A stretch of 64,000 bases of DNA. Source: a candidate division FCPU426 bacterium (lineage in GTDB: Bacteria > Oederibacteriota > Muellerivitia > Muellerivitales > Muellerivitaceae). The stretch is taken from the NCBI GenBank assembly GCA_963719085.1, contig CAVRAL010000004.1, forward strand, positions 864,001 to 928,000, in the 5' to 3' direction. The notes under the pieces were generated by a model. The model saw nothing but the letters and a program-made list of their open reading frames with translations. It was not told the origin of the DNA and ran no database searches. Positions 1-9,861 of the stretch are shown piece after piece; within the stretch, counting starts at the first letter, position 1, and the number at the start of each line of letters is the position of its first letter. The position numbers were made by a program, and so were the translations under genes.

Positions 1-2
1 CC

Positions 3-449
3 ACGCCCAACGGTAACCCCGAAGGCCAGCTCAACCCCATGGCGTTGGCCTTGGCGGCGGGCTGCGGTTTCGTGGCGCGCGGTTTTTCCGGCGACATCAA
101 CCACTTGAAGAGCCTCTACACCCAAGCCATCCAGTACCCGGGTTTCGCCTTGATCGACGTGTTCTCGCCTTGCGTGACGTTCAACAAGCAGAACACCTTC
201 GGCTGGTTCAAGGAACGAGTTTATAAGCTCGAGGAAAAGGGCCATGACGTGACCAATTGGGCCGCGGCCATGGACCGGGCGAAAGAATGGGGAACGCAGA
301 TTCCGATCGGCGTGCTCTACAAGAACCCGAACCCGAAGCCTTCCATCGACGCGGCGGATCCGGCCCTGCAAGGGACGGCCTTGGCCCGTCAGACCAAGCT
401 GGGTCTGACCAAGGAACAACGCGCGAAGCTGATCGAAGAGTACGTTTAA
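3..449 (+). CDS. 2-oxoacid:ferredoxin oxidoreductase beta subunit, 5'-truncated by the window edge
   Basis: Frame open from the window start (TPNGNPEGQLNPMALALAAG...FVARG...IDVFSPCVTFN...IPIGVLY), the typical KorB/PorB C-terminal half. Confidence 0.9.
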   Translation, partial: TPNGNPEGQLNPMALALAAGCGFVARGFSGDINHLKSLYTQAIQYPGFALIDVFSPCVTFNKQNTFGWFKERVYKLEEKGHDVTNWAAAMDRAKEWGTQIPIGVLYKNPNPKPSIDAADPALQGTALARQTKLGLTKEQRAKLIEEYV

Positions 450-516
450 TCACTTTCGGCTTCAAATTTGTCGGCTGAAACAGTTTCGTCGGTAAATTAG
501 TTTCAACACGAATTAT

Positions 517-552
517 GGCCCTTCTCGGAACGAGAAGGGCCTTTTCTTTTTT
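517..552 (+). terminator. Rho-independent terminator
   Basis: GGCCCTTCTCG-GAA-CGAGAAGGGCC hairpin followed by a T-rich tract. Confidence 0.85.
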
Positions 553-664
553 GGGCACTTTTGATTAAATAACGCCTCGCTAAAACGATTTCCGTCCTGA
601 CGGCGTTAGGCTTCGCCCCCGTCCCCAACGAGCGTTTTTCCGAAACCATCCCAGGAGGCTTTTC

Positions 665-1651
665 ATGGAAGAGATCGTTGATATCAACATCGTCGGCGGC
701 GGCCCGTCCGGAATGTTCGCGGCTTTTTACGCCGGTATCCGTGGAATGAATTTTAAGATCATCGATTCTTTGGAAGCCCTCGGCGGCCAAGTGTCGGCCA
801 TGTACCCTGAGAAAGACATCTTCGACGTGGCCGGTTTCCCGCGCGTGGCGGGCAAGGACTTGGTCAAGCAATTGGAAGCCCAGTTGATGCGCTTTAAGCC
901 GCCCCTCGCGCTCGGTGAAAAAGTATTGTCCCTCACCAAGCGCCCGGACAATGTGTTTGAGCTTACGACCCAAAACGGCAAAAAACATTTATCCAAGACC
1001 GTGCTCCTCACTTTAGGCATGGGATCCTTCACCCCGAAAAAGCATCCGAACCCGGAGCTGGTTCCTTTCGAGGGAAAGGGCGTCAATTACGGCGTCTTGT
1101 CCCTGGAGCCCTTTAAGGGCAAGGATATCGTGGTGGTGGGCGGCGGCGACTCGGCCATCGACTGGGCCTTGATGCTGGAACCCATCGCGCATTCGGTCAC
1201 CTTGATCCACCGCCGGGACGAGTTCCGCGCGCATGAATCCTCCGTTCAAAAATTGAAGGCCTCCACCTGCAAAGTGAAACTTTGGTACGAGCTTCGCACG
1301 GTCAAGGGCAAGGACCATGTGGAAGAAGCGGTCATTTATGAGAACCATACCAATCAAGACGAGACGCTCAAAGCCGATTTCGTGGTTTTGAACTTCGGCT
1401 TCCAAGCCACGCTGGGTTTCTTGAAGGAATGGGGTTTGACGCTGGAAAAAAACAAGATTCCCGTCACGCCGAAGATGGAAACCAATATCCCGGGCATTTA
1501 CGCCGCCGGCGATATCGTCACCCACCCTGGCAAATTGGACCTGATCGCCACCGGCTTCGCCGAGGGCGCCACGGCCGTCAATTTCGCCAAGACCTACATC
1601 AACCCGCATGAAAAAGCCGAACCGGGACACAGCTCAAACCTGAAGTGGTAA
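665..1651 (+). CDS. Ferredoxin-NADP+ reductase, TrxR-like (YumC type)
   Basis: GGGPSG FAD motif, YPEKDIFDVAG, GGGDSA NADPH motif, IHRR, C-terminal PGHSS; no CxxC; RBS AGGAGG. Confidence 0.88.
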   Translation: MEEIVDINIVGGGPSGMFAAFYAGIRGMNFKIIDSLEALGGQVSAMYPEKDIFDVAGFPRVAGKDLVKQLEAQLMRFKPPLALGEKVLSLTKRPDNVFELTTQNGKKHLSKTVLLTLGMGSFTPKKHPNPELVPFEGKGVNYGVLSLEPFKGKDIVVVGGGDSAIDWALMLEPIAHSVTLIHRRDEFRAHESSVQKLKASTCKVKLWYELRTVKGKDHVEEAVIYENHTNQDETLKADFVVLNFGFQATLGFLKEWGLTLEKNKIPVTPKMETNIPGIYAAGDIVTHPGKLDLIATGFAEGATAVNFAKTYINPHEKAEPGHSSNLKW

Positions 1652-1664
1652 ACCTAAGGCTTTA

Positions 1665-1741
1665 GAGCAATGATGGACGCAGATAAACGCAGGTAGAAAA
1701 AAATATTTTTAATCGGCGTTCATCAGTCTTTATCAATGCTC
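1665..1741. repeat. Intergenic inverted-repeat element, family C (CAATGATGGACGCAGAT)
   Basis: Imperfect inverted repeat built from ~9-bp subrepeats; related copies at 16607, 18916, 52049, 53671, 63387. Confidence 0.7.
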
Positions 1742-1769
1742 CTGACTTTTGATTTTTGAGGGAGGCGCC

Positions 1770-2606
1770 ATGGCCATCGACGTGAAGACGCACCGCGGGT
1801 TGTTTTTTACCCTCCGCAAAGACGCTTGGTGGATTGAGCCCCTCTTTTATATCTCGCTTTTTGGCGGCTTCACGGTTTACGCCACCTGGGCGGCCTTGAA
1901 TCCCTTTGGACAAGATGGCCGGCCCCTTTATGAATGGGGCCCCTACCTTTCCCCGATGTTTTCCCCCTTTTTTAACCCCGCTTGGCTTCATCATTTGCCG
2001 GCCTGGCTCTCTTGGATCGGCACGCCCGCCTTGCTGGTGCTTTGGGCGCCGGGCGGCTTTCGCGGAACCTGCTATTACTACCGTAAGGCCTATTACCGCT
2101 CCATCTTCCTGAATCCCCCGGGATGCGCCGTGGGCGAAGGCTGCGTGAAGTATGAGGGCGAGACCAAGTTTTTCATCTTCCAGAACCTGCACCGCTACTT
2201 CATGTATGTCGCCTTGGTTTTCATCCTGATCTTGTCTTGGGACGCGGTTTTGGCCATGATCTGGGCCGTGGATGCCACCCCGGCCGCGGGGCTGGGCGTC
2301 GCCCCCCTGGTGGTCAAATATAAGTTCGGCATGGGCGTGGGTACCCTCGTCATGATTTTGAACGCCATTCTTTTGGGCGGTTATACCCTGGGCTGCCACG
2401 CTTTCCGCCATCTGGTCGGCGGGGGCCTGGATTTTTTACGGGTGAAAAAAAATAACCCGGTCCGGTTTTTTCTCTGGGGCGTGGTCACGCATCTCAATGA
2501 AAAGCACATGCAATGGGCGCTGGTGTCCATGATCTGGGTGGGCCTGACCGATTTGTATATCCGGCTTTGCGCCATGGGCGTGATTCACGATTACAGGATT
2601 TTTTAA
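1770..2606 (+). CDS. Succinate dehydrogenase membrane anchor, Rv0249c/Sdh1 type
   Basis: Multi-TM; motifs FRGTCYYYRKAYYR, QNLHRYF, GCHAFRH; directly upstream of sdhA; RBS GGAGG before ATG 1770. Confidence 0.85.
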   Translation: MAIDVKTHRGLFFTLRKDAWWIEPLFYISLFGGFTVYATWAALNPFGQDGRPLYEWGPYLSPMFSPFFNPAWLHHLPAWLSWIGTPALLVLWAPGGFRGTCYYYRKAYYRSIFLNPPGCAVGEGCVKYEGETKFFIFQNLHRYFMYVALVFILILSWDAVLAMIWAVDATPAAGLGVAPLVVKYKFGMGVGTLVMILNAILLGGYTLGCHAFRHLVGGGLDFLRVKKNNPVRFFLWGVVTHLNEKHMQWALVSMIWVGLTDLYIRLCAMGVIHDYRIF

Positions 2607-2608
2607 AT

Positions 2609-2751
2609 TAGAACCAACACAAAAAGCTCACGCAAAGACGCAAAGGAAAGCGAAATCCTGGGTTTTAAAACGAAAGATAATCTTACTTTGTCCTTCTTGG
2701 CGTCTTAGCGTCTTTGCGTGAGCAGGTTGTTTTGGTTAAGTTCTTAAATTT
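2609..2751. repeat. Intergenic inverted-repeat element, family A copy 1
   Basis: GCTCACGCAAAGACGC...GCGTCTTTGCGTGAGC arms; outer flanks nearly identical to 4651-4811. Confidence 0.9.
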
Positions 2752-2772
2752 AGTTTCAGAGGTTTTTGACTC

Positions 2773-4653
2773 ATGAGCGATAACTACCAATCTTACGAGT
2801 ATGACGTATTAGTGATAGGCGCCGGCGGCGCGGGGCTTCGGGCCGCCATTGAGGCGTCCAAGGCGGGCTGCAAGACCGGGCTGGTTTGTAAATCGCTCCT
2901 GGGCAAGGCCCACACGGTGATGGCGGAGGGCGGCATCGCGGCGGCTTTGGCCACGGTGGACTCGCGCGATTCGTGGAAACAGCATTTTTCCGACACGCTC
3001 ATCGGCGGCAATTTCGGCAATCACTGGAAGATGGCGGAAATCCACGCCAAGCAAGCGCCCGACCGGGTGCGGGAACTGGAAACTTGGGGCGCGGTGTTTG
3101 ACCGTACCACCGACGGCAAGGGCAATATCAACGTGCGCCATTTCGGCGGACACACCTACAAGCGCCTGGCCCACGTGGGCGACCGCACCGGGCTGGAACT
3201 GATCCGCACCCTGCAGGACAAGGGCATCCACAGCGGCATCGATGTCCACATGGAATGCACCATCTACTCGCTCCTCAAAGACGGCGAGAAAATCGCCGGG
3301 GCCTACGGTTATTTCCGCGAGACCGGCCGGCCGGTTCTTTTCAAAGCCAAGTCGATCATCGTGTCCACCGGCGGCATCGGCAAACTTTATTCGGTCAATT
3401 CTAACTCCTGGGAATGCACGGGCGACGGCTTCGCGCTGGCTTATCTGGCGGGCGCGGAATTGGCGGACATGGAATATGTCCAGTTTCACCCCACGGGCAT
3501 GGTGTGGCCCGCTTCCGTGAAGGGGCTTCTCATCACCGAGGGCGTGCGCGGCGAAGGCGGCGTTCTCAAGAACAACAAGGGCGAGCGGTTTATGTTCAAG
3601 TACATCCCGCCCAAGTACCAGGGTAAGTACGCCGAGACCGAGGAAGAAGCCAACGCTTGGTTCCAAAAGGTCGTGGTCGAGGGCCAAAAGGAAGAGACGG
3701 TCAAGGAACGCAAACCCCCCGAACTGATGAGCCGGGACGTGGTGGCCCGCGCGCTTTGGAACGAGATCAAAGAAGGCCGGGGCGGCGAGCACGGCGGCGT
3801 GTATCTGGATATCGCCTCGCGCCGTTCCGCCGAGGACATCAAGAAAAAATTGCCGTCCATGTACCACCAGTTCAAGCAATTGGCGGACGTGGATATCACC
3901 AAGGTGCCGATGGAAATCGCGCCCACCTGCCATTACATGATGGGCGGCGTGAAGGTCGATCCGGAAACCCAGGCTTCCAACGTGCCGGGGCTTTTCGCGG
4001 CGGGCGAATGCTCGGCCGGGATGCACGGCTCGAACCGTTTGGGCGGGAATTCCCTTTCCGATCTGGTCGTCTTCGGCAAATTGGCCGGGGAACACGCGGC
4101 GGCTTACGCGAAAAAAGCCCCGGCTCCCAAGATCGACGAGTCGCTTTTGGAAGGCTTGAACAAGGAAATGAACGCCCCCTTCGACCATCAAGGCGGGGAA
4201 GTGTCTTACGCGCTTTTGGCCGATCTTCAAAAGGCCATGGAAAAGGGCGCCGGCATGTACCGGGAAGAAGGCTTGCTGGACGGCTGCCTGAAAGATTTGG
4301 AAGCCTTAAAGGCGCGCTTGCCGAAAGTTTCGGCCGAGGGCAACCGGCTCTTCAATCCCGGCTGGCATGTGGCGCTGGACCTTCGCAATATGCTGATCGT
4401 GGGCGAGGCGTTGGCCCGGGCGGCCAAGGAACGCAAAGAATCCCGCGGCGGCCATACCCGCACCGATTACACAACCTACTCCAAGGACTTCGCCAAGAAG
4501 CGCGTGGTAATCCGCCAGAAAAACGGCAAGATGGAAGTCGTGCAGGAAGACTTGCCGCAGGTTCCGGCCGAGCTGGAAGCGGAGTTGGTGAAGGAAGGTT
4601 TCCTAAAGCCGGAAATCTTGAAGCAGCTACGGGGAGAGGCCCCGGCGCACTAG
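2773..4653 (+). CDS. sdhA: Succinate dehydrogenase/fumarate reductase flavoprotein subunit
   Basis: GAGGAG, AHTVMAEGG (covalent FAD His), QFHPT, EGVRGEGG, HYMMGG, HGSNRLGGNSL, ESRGGH. Confidence 0.96.
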   Translation: MSDNYQSYEYDVLVIGAGGAGLRAAIEASKAGCKTGLVCKSLLGKAHTVMAEGGIAAALATVDSRDSWKQHFSDTLIGGNFGNHWKMAEIHAKQAPDRVRELETWGAVFDRTTDGKGNINVRHFGGHTYKRLAHVGDRTGLELIRTLQDKGIHSGIDVHMECTIYSLLKDGEKIAGAYGYFRETGRPVLFKAKSIIVSTGGIGKLYSVNSNSWECTGDGFALAYLAGAELADMEYVQFHPTGMVWPASVKGLLITEGVRGEGGVLKNNKGERFMFKYIPPKYQGKYAETEEEANAWFQKVVVEGQKEETVKERKPPELMSRDVVARALWNEIKEGRGGEHGGVYLDIASRRSAEDIKKKLPSMYHQFKQLADVDITKVPMEIAPTCHYMMGGVKVDPETQASNVPGLFAAGECSAGMHGSNRLGGNSLSDLVVFGKLAGEHAAAYAKKAPAPKIDESLLEGLNKEMNAPFDHQGGEVSYALLADLQKAMEKGAGMYREEGLLDGCLKDLEALKARLPKVSAEGNRLFNPGWHVALDLRNMLIVGEALARAAKERKESRGGHTRTDYTTYSKDFAKKRVVIRQKNGKMEVVQEDLPQVPAELEAELVKEGFLKPEILKQLRGEAPAH

Positions 4654-4811
4654 AACCAACACAAAAAGCTCACGCAAAGACGCTAAGACGCCAAGTAAGG
4701 CCAAGGCGGGACTGGGTTTAAAGATTTAAGATGCCTAACAATTGAACAAGAGATCATGATTTCCTTTGCGTCTTTGCGTGAGCAGTTGGTTTTGGTTAAG
4801 TTCTTAAATTT
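4651..4811. repeat. Intergenic inverted-repeat element, family A copy 2
   Basis: Same 33-bp left end TAGAACCAACACAAAAAGCTCACGCAAAGACGC and same right end GTTTTGGTTAAGTTCTTAAATTT as copy 1. Confidence 0.9.
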
Positions 4812-4905
4812 TGTTTTTGTGGTTTTGCTGGATGGGGGACATCCAGTGGTTGCGTCGGGGCTTCAAGCGGGGGGATGTTGAGACGCGGAAATTAAGGAGC
4901 AGGCC

Positions 4906-5637
4906 ATGTCAAAAGTCCATTTAAGGGTCTATCGGGGCAATTCCGAGGGCGGCCAATTAAAGGATTACGATGTCGAGGTGGACGAGGGCATGGTGGTGCT
5001 GGACGCCATCCATCGCCTGCAAGCGACCCAAGCCTCCGATTTGGCCTGCCGCTGGAACTGCAAGGCGGGCAAATGCGGATCCTGCTCGGCGGAGATCAAC
5101 GGCAAACCCAGGCTCATGTGCATGTCCCGTTTGAACGAGTACAAAGACGGTGAAACCATCACGGTCACGCCGATGAAAACCTTCCCGATCATGAAAGACC
5201 TGGCCACCGACGTTTCTTGGAACTATGAGGTGAACAAGCGCATCCCGCCCTTCACGCCGAAGGAAGGCGCCGATTGGCATTGGGAACAGCAGGATGTGGA
5301 CCGGGTCCAGGAATTCCGCAAATGCATCGAGTGTTTTTTGTGCCAGGACACCTGCCACGTGTTGCGCGACCACGATAAAAAGACGTCTTTCGCCGGTCCG
5401 CGCTTTTTTGCCCGCATCGCCTCGCTGGAGATGCATCCCATCGACGGCTTGGACCGAACGGGCCTGCTCAAGGACCAGCATGGGTTGGGCCTTTGCAACA
5501 TCACCAAGTGCTGTACCGAAGTCTGCCCCGAATCGATCCACATCACGGACAACGCCATCATTCCTTTGAAGGAACGCGTGGTGGACAAGTATTACGACCC
5601 GATCAAAATGCTCTGGCACAAGGTGACGGGGAAATAA
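4906..5637 (+). CDS. sdhB: Succinate dehydrogenase/fumarate reductase iron-sulfur subunit
   Basis: CKAGKCGSC, CIECFLC, CNITKCCTEVCP cysteine clusters. Confidence 0.96.
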   Translation: MSKVHLRVYRGNSEGGQLKDYDVEVDEGMVVLDAIHRLQATQASDLACRWNCKAGKCGSCSAEINGKPRLMCMSRLNEYKDGETITVTPMKTFPIMKDLATDVSWNYEVNKRIPPFTPKEGADWHWEQQDVDRVQEFRKCIECFLCQDTCHVLRDHDKKTSFAGPRFFARIASLEMHPIDGLDRTGLLKDQHGLGLCNITKCCTEVCPESIHITDNAIIPLKERVVDKYYDPIKMLWHKVTGK

Positions 5638-5689
5638 GCGGGTTTTTATTCGAAACCGTATCGTCTAAATCCATATAAAAAGAGTAGTT

Positions 5690-6337
5690 ATGAAAAAACA
5701 ATTAATGGTTTTGGCCGTCATTTTGGGCTTGGTAAGTTCCGCCAGCGCGCAACCGGTTGGTTTTGGAATTAAAGCCGGCGCTGATTTGGCGACAGAAGCC
5801 GCCGATACCCTTGGCCCCAACTATAGCGAGAGCTTTCGCCTCGGGTTTAATGGGGGTATTTTCACCGTATTTTCTTTGGCGGATTTTATTGAATTCCAGC
5901 CCGAACTCCAATTCATCCAAAAAGGGTTCCAATCGCACGCCAGTCATGTTCTTGTCAGCGGTGGTGGTGGCAGTGTTTATACAAGCGTCAACGATTCAAT
6001 TACAGCTAATTACCTGGAAATTCCATTGGCCTTTAACTTTGGCACGCCCCTGGGTTCTGGCTGGGAAGGAAACTTGCAAGTGGGTCCGACCATGGCCTTT
6101 CTTTTGAGTGGGAACGAATACACGGATGCCGGTTCCTATGGATCGAGCAACCACGATATCACCGATGAATTCACTTCCTTTGAGGCGGGATTTTTATTGG
6201 GCGCGGGCCTTCGTACGGGGAACTGGCTTTTAGACGCGCGCTACGAACGGGGTCTAACCTCAGTTAATAGTTATTCCGGGGGCGACGCTGTAGTCAACAG
6301 CTTGTTCACACTTCAGCTAGGCTACCGGCTTTTTTAA
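5690..6337 (+). CDS. Outer-membrane beta-barrel protein (PorT/OmpA-like)
   Basis: Signal peptide, FGIKAG, amphipathic strands, YLEIPL, C-terminal LGYRLF. Confidence 0.8.
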   Translation: MKKQLMVLAVILGLVSSASAQPVGFGIKAGADLATEAADTLGPNYSESFRLGFNGGIFTVFSLADFIEFQPELQFIQKGFQSHASHVLVSGGGGSVYTSVNDSITANYLEIPLAFNFGTPLGSGWEGNLQVGPTMAFLLSGNEYTDAGSYGSSNHDITDEFTSFEAGFLLGAGLRTGNWLLDARYERGLTSVNSYSGGDAVVNSLFTLQLGYRLF

Positions 6338-6348
6338 GGCGGGGCTTC

Positions 6349-6756
6349 ATGGCGGGTTACTCAAAAACTCCCCTTATTCAAAAGCTCGGCATCAAGCCGG
6401 GGTTCAAGGTTTGTTTTCTGAACGAGCCCTTCGATTATGTGAAAAACCTTCATTTGCCTGTGGATGTTGAGGTGCTGACCCGTCCGAAACTTCCCATGGA
6501 TTTCATCCAAGGTTTTTTCAAAGACAAAAAAACTTACGAAAAAAGCCTGCCCGGACTTAAAAAAACACTCGCGCCCAGCGGCATGATTTGGGCTTGCTGG
6601 CCCAAGGCCGCTTCCAAAGTCCCTACGGATTTGACCGAATCCGGCGTCCGTAATTTCGGTTTGAAATCCGGTTTGGTCGATATCAAGGTCTGCGCGGTGG
6701 ATGAGGTTTGGTCAGGCTTGAAATTCGTCATACCTGCCGCGGAAAGGATCGGATGA
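6349..6756 (+). CDS. DUF3052-like protein
   Basis: MAGYSKTPLIQKLGIK, WACWPK, GLVDIKVCAVDEVWSGLKF. Confidence 0.8.
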   Translation: MAGYSKTPLIQKLGIKPGFKVCFLNEPFDYVKNLHLPVDVEVLTRPKLPMDFIQGFFKDKKTYEKSLPGLKKTLAPSGMIWACWPKAASKVPTDLTESGVRNFGLKSGLVDIKVCAVDEVWSGLKFVIPAAERIG

Positions 6757-6757
6757 A

Positions 6758-7717
6758 TCAGCCGTCTTCCTTGCGGTTTTGGAAATAGCGCAAGGCCCAC
6801 CGTCGCAGGTCATCCCGGTTTGGCCCGAAATTCCAAAGCCCGGCCTCGGATAAGCGAAGGTCCTTTTCCGGGTCGAAGCCCAGGGCGTTCAAATCCGAGG
6901 CCCGGCTGAGATATTGGCGGTCTTGGATTTCACCGTGCCACAGGTGCAGGGCCTTTCCTTTCACGAACCCGACACTGGATCCAACCGCCGAATGGATTTT
7001 TTCGCACCAGGGAACTACATGGGATTCCTGGGCGGCGTTCCCTCCCGTGGATTTTTTCAGGCAAGGCGACTTCCAATCCCCGCAAAAGGCGTGCGCCATC
7101 ACCTCGTCCGCGCCCCCGCCGATAAAGCGGTCGTAAAATCCGTGATTGTCGAAAATATCCCGCCTCGCGGCCCAGGCGAATCCCGTGTGCCCATGGACGT
7201 CGAAATTCCCCGACAGGAGGGCGTCTGGGTTTTTGGCATAAACGGCGCCGAAGCCCTCGTAAAGCTTATCGCCTTCCCCCGGGGTCGCGCGCCCCGCGGA
7301 AAGCATGGTGATTTCCTCAAAGAGTTGGACGACCGCGAAACGGTCCAAAAGGCGGGAGGCCTGGACGGCCCATTGGGGGTTCTCAAACAACACGTCGTTG
7401 TCGATCCAGGCGATTTTGGTGAAACGGACGGGAATATGACGCAAGGCCAAGTTCAAAAGCCTTTCCTTTTGCCAAAGAACGTCCTGTCCCCTCACCCGCA
7501 AAAGATGGCCGGATTCGGGCAGTTGAAAAGGCTCATCCTTAAAGGCGCATTCCACCATCTTCCAACCTATCCCGGATCGGTCCAGTTGTTCGCTGAACAC
7601 GCGGGCGTTGTCCCGTCGGCTGTTGAAATGGCGCGGATTGTAGTAGGTGGAAAGGACGAAAAGGTCATCCACGGGCTCGTAGGGTCCGATAGTGGAAAGA
7701 CCGGCCTGGTTTTTCAT
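6758..7717 (-). CDS. Putative glycosyltransferase (GT-A fold-like)
   Basis: WQKERLLNLAL, IAWIDND (DxD), GGADE, HLWHG. Confidence 0.6.
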   Translation of the reverse strand: MKNQAGLSTIGPYEPVDDLFVLSTYYNPRHFNSRRDNARVFSEQLDRSGIGWKMVECAFKDEPFQLPESGHLLRVRGQDVLWQKERLLNLALRHIPVRFTKIAWIDNDVLFENPQWAVQASRLLDRFAVVQLFEEITMLSAGRATPGEGDKLYEGFGAVYAKNPDALLSGNFDVHGHTGFAWAARRDIFDNHGFYDRFIGGGADEVMAHAFCGDWKSPCLKKSTGGNAAQESHVVPWCEKIHSAVGSSVGFVKGKALHLWHGEIQDRQYLSRASDLNALGFDPEKDLRLSEAGLWNFGPNRDDLRRWALRYFQNRKEDG

Positions 7718-7899
7718 GGGATAGCCTCAAGTCGAACGCTGCCCGGGGATAGCCCATCTTAGAGGATTTTCGGGTCCATTTGTAAGGGGATAACAATTAA
7801 CACCCTTTGGCCCGGTCTGTAACCCGCGCGAAATCCCCAACGCTTAAAACCCTCCGGCTGGCTAGGTCATTCGCCCATTCCCGTCACCGGAGGCTTTCC

Positions 7900-9393
7900 G
7901 TGGAACTTTTTGGACAAACCCTGTCGCTGGGGCATGTGCTCTTTTTACTCTTGGCGCTGGGGCTGGCGCTTTCGTTTGAGTTCGTGAACGGCTTTCACGA
8001 CACGGCCAACGCGGTGGCCACCGTTATTTACACCCAAACCTTGAGGCCCTGGGTCGCGGTGGTTTGGTCCGGTCTTTGCAACTTGACCGGGGTTTTGACT
8101 TCTTCCGGCCTGGTGGCTTTCGGGGTGATTTCGCTTCTGCCGGTGGAACTGGTGATCCATGTGGGCTCCGCGCCCGGCTTCGCCATGGTTTTTTCCCTGC
8201 TTATTTCCGCCATCCTTTGGAACGTGGGGACTTGGTATTTCGGCCTGCCGGCTTCCAGCTCGCACACCTTGTTTGGTTCCATTATGGGCGTGGGGCTGGC
8301 CAACGCCTTAATGTCCCCGGGCCACTCTTTCGGCCAAGGCGTGAATTGGGGCAAGGCGCAGGATATCGGAATGGCGCTCTTGGTCTCTCCCTTGATCGGG
8401 TTTAGCTGTTCGGCCTTACTTTTGCTTCTCTCCAAGGCGCTGATTAAAAACAAGACGCTTTATGAGGCGCCCAAAGGAAATAAGCCCCCGCCCTTCCTCA
8501 TCCGCTGCCTGTTGTTTTTAACCTGCACGGGCGTCAGTTTCGCGCATGGTTCCAATGACGGCCAAAAGGGGATGGGACTGATCATGCTGATCTTGATCGG
8601 CATTGTTCCCGCGACCTTCGCCGTGGACCTTTCCACCGGCCCGCAGGCCCTTCAGGATCTTTCGGCCACCACCCAGTCCATCTCCTTTCAAATGGACAAG
8701 CATTCCCCGGGCGCGGCCATGGGTGGCGGCGGGATCGCCGAGCAGAACATCTCGGATTATTTGAAGCCCTCGGGCAAGATCTCGCCCGACACCTTCGCGG
8801 CCATCGGCACCAAGTGCCGGGAAATTTCAACCGAACTCACGGGCCATCAATCGCTCAATGAGCTCAGCGGCGACGACCGGCGGGCCTTGCGCAACAACTT
8901 ATATTTGGTGTCGGAAGCCCTGGGCAAAGCTTCCAAGCAGAACCTCTTGACCGATCCGGCGGAAAAAAAGAACGTGGGGGATTTGAAAAAGCACATGGAT
9001 AAACTCACCAAATTTATCCCCATTTGGGTGAAGGTGGCCGTGGCCTTCGCGCTGGGGCTTGGCACCATGATCGGCTGGAAACGCATTGTGGTGACCGTGG
9101 GCGAGAAGATCGGTAAGGCCCACCTGACCTACGCGCAGGGCGCCAGCGCCGAGTTGGTGACCTTCGCCACCATTGAGGCGGCGGATATTTTCGGCCTGCC
9201 CGTCAGCACCACCCACGTCCTATCCTCCGGCATCGCGGGCACCATGGTGGCCAACGGATCCGGGGTCCAGGGCAAAACCCTGCGCAACATTGTCTTGGCC
9301 TGGGTGCTTACGCTTCCGGTTTGCATGCTGCTCGGAGGCTGTATCTTCGCCTTCACCTTGAACGTGGTGTTTAATCTACTTGGTATCAAATAG
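7900..9393 (+). CDS. pit: Inorganic phosphate transporter, PiT family
   Basis: NGFHDTANA, GLPASSSH, AHGSNDGQK, PVSTTH; GTG start after GGAGG. Confidence 0.92.
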   Translation: MELFGQTLSLGHVLFLLLALGLALSFEFVNGFHDTANAVATVIYTQTLRPWVAVVWSGLCNLTGVLTSSGLVAFGVISLLPVELVIHVGSAPGFAMVFSLLISAILWNVGTWYFGLPASSSHTLFGSIMGVGLANALMSPGHSFGQGVNWGKAQDIGMALLVSPLIGFSCSALLLLLSKALIKNKTLYEAPKGNKPPPFLIRCLLFLTCTGVSFAHGSNDGQKGMGLIMLILIGIVPATFAVDLSTGPQALQDLSATTQSISFQMDKHSPGAAMGGGGIAEQNISDYLKPSGKISPDTFAAIGTKCREISTELTGHQSLNELSGDDRRALRNNLYLVSEALGKASKQNLLTDPAEKKNVGDLKKHMDKLTKFIPIWVKVAVAFALGLGTMIGWKRIVVTVGEKIGKAHLTYAQGASAELVTFATIEAADIFGLPVSTTHVLSSGIAGTMVANGSGVQGKTLRNIVLAWVLTLPVCMLLGGCIFAFTLNVVFNLLGIK

Positions 9394-9745
9394 AAGGAAA
9401 CCTGCGGGGCCGAAAGCCAAACCAGGGACTGTCCCGCCGGGTTTCTTTAAAAAACTGTTCGACTTCGCCGCCTTGGTCGAGCATCTGCCTTATGGCGCCA
9501 GCCACATGACCGAAAAAAAAGCCGCGCGCGGCGTCATGGGCGCGGGGATTTTCGTCATGGTGGTGGGCGCCGCTTTTTTCACCGTCGCCTGGCGGGCCAG
9601 GATCACCTGGCTGGGGGAGACCGCCTTCGCCGTCACCCTGATCGGCTGGATGATGGTGATCCTGGGATTCGCTTTCGGCGTGATCGGCTGGGCCGCGGGC
9701 GTTTTTCCCCATTCCCGAAGTCTCCCTCGAAAGCCCAAAGATTGA
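9380..9745 (+). CDS. Hypothetical 2-TM membrane protein (start uncertain)
   Basis: Two hydrophobic helices; fills the gap after pit. Confidence 0.45.
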   Translation: MVSNRRKPAGPKAKPGTVPPGFFKKLFDFAALVEHLPYGASHMTEKKAARGVMGAGIFVMVVGAAFFTVAWRARITWLGETAFAVTLIGWMMVILGFAFGVIGWAAGVFPHSRSLPRKPKD

Positions 9746-9861
9746 ATGGTTTAAGTCCTTCTCCCTGAAGCTCTCCCGCCTCCATTGAATTGCCTTGTTC
9801 TTCCTGAGATTAGGGCTAAAATTTGTCCTAATGATTATGTTCAACGGTTAAAGGCGGCGCC

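Noticed and set aside
2809..4721. Long alternative ORFs over sdhA (473 aa on minus, 354 aa on plus)
   Set aside because: Shadow frames caused by GC-biased codon usage; no motifs. The same applies to ORFs opposite the desaturase, aminotransferase, moeB and AAA genes.
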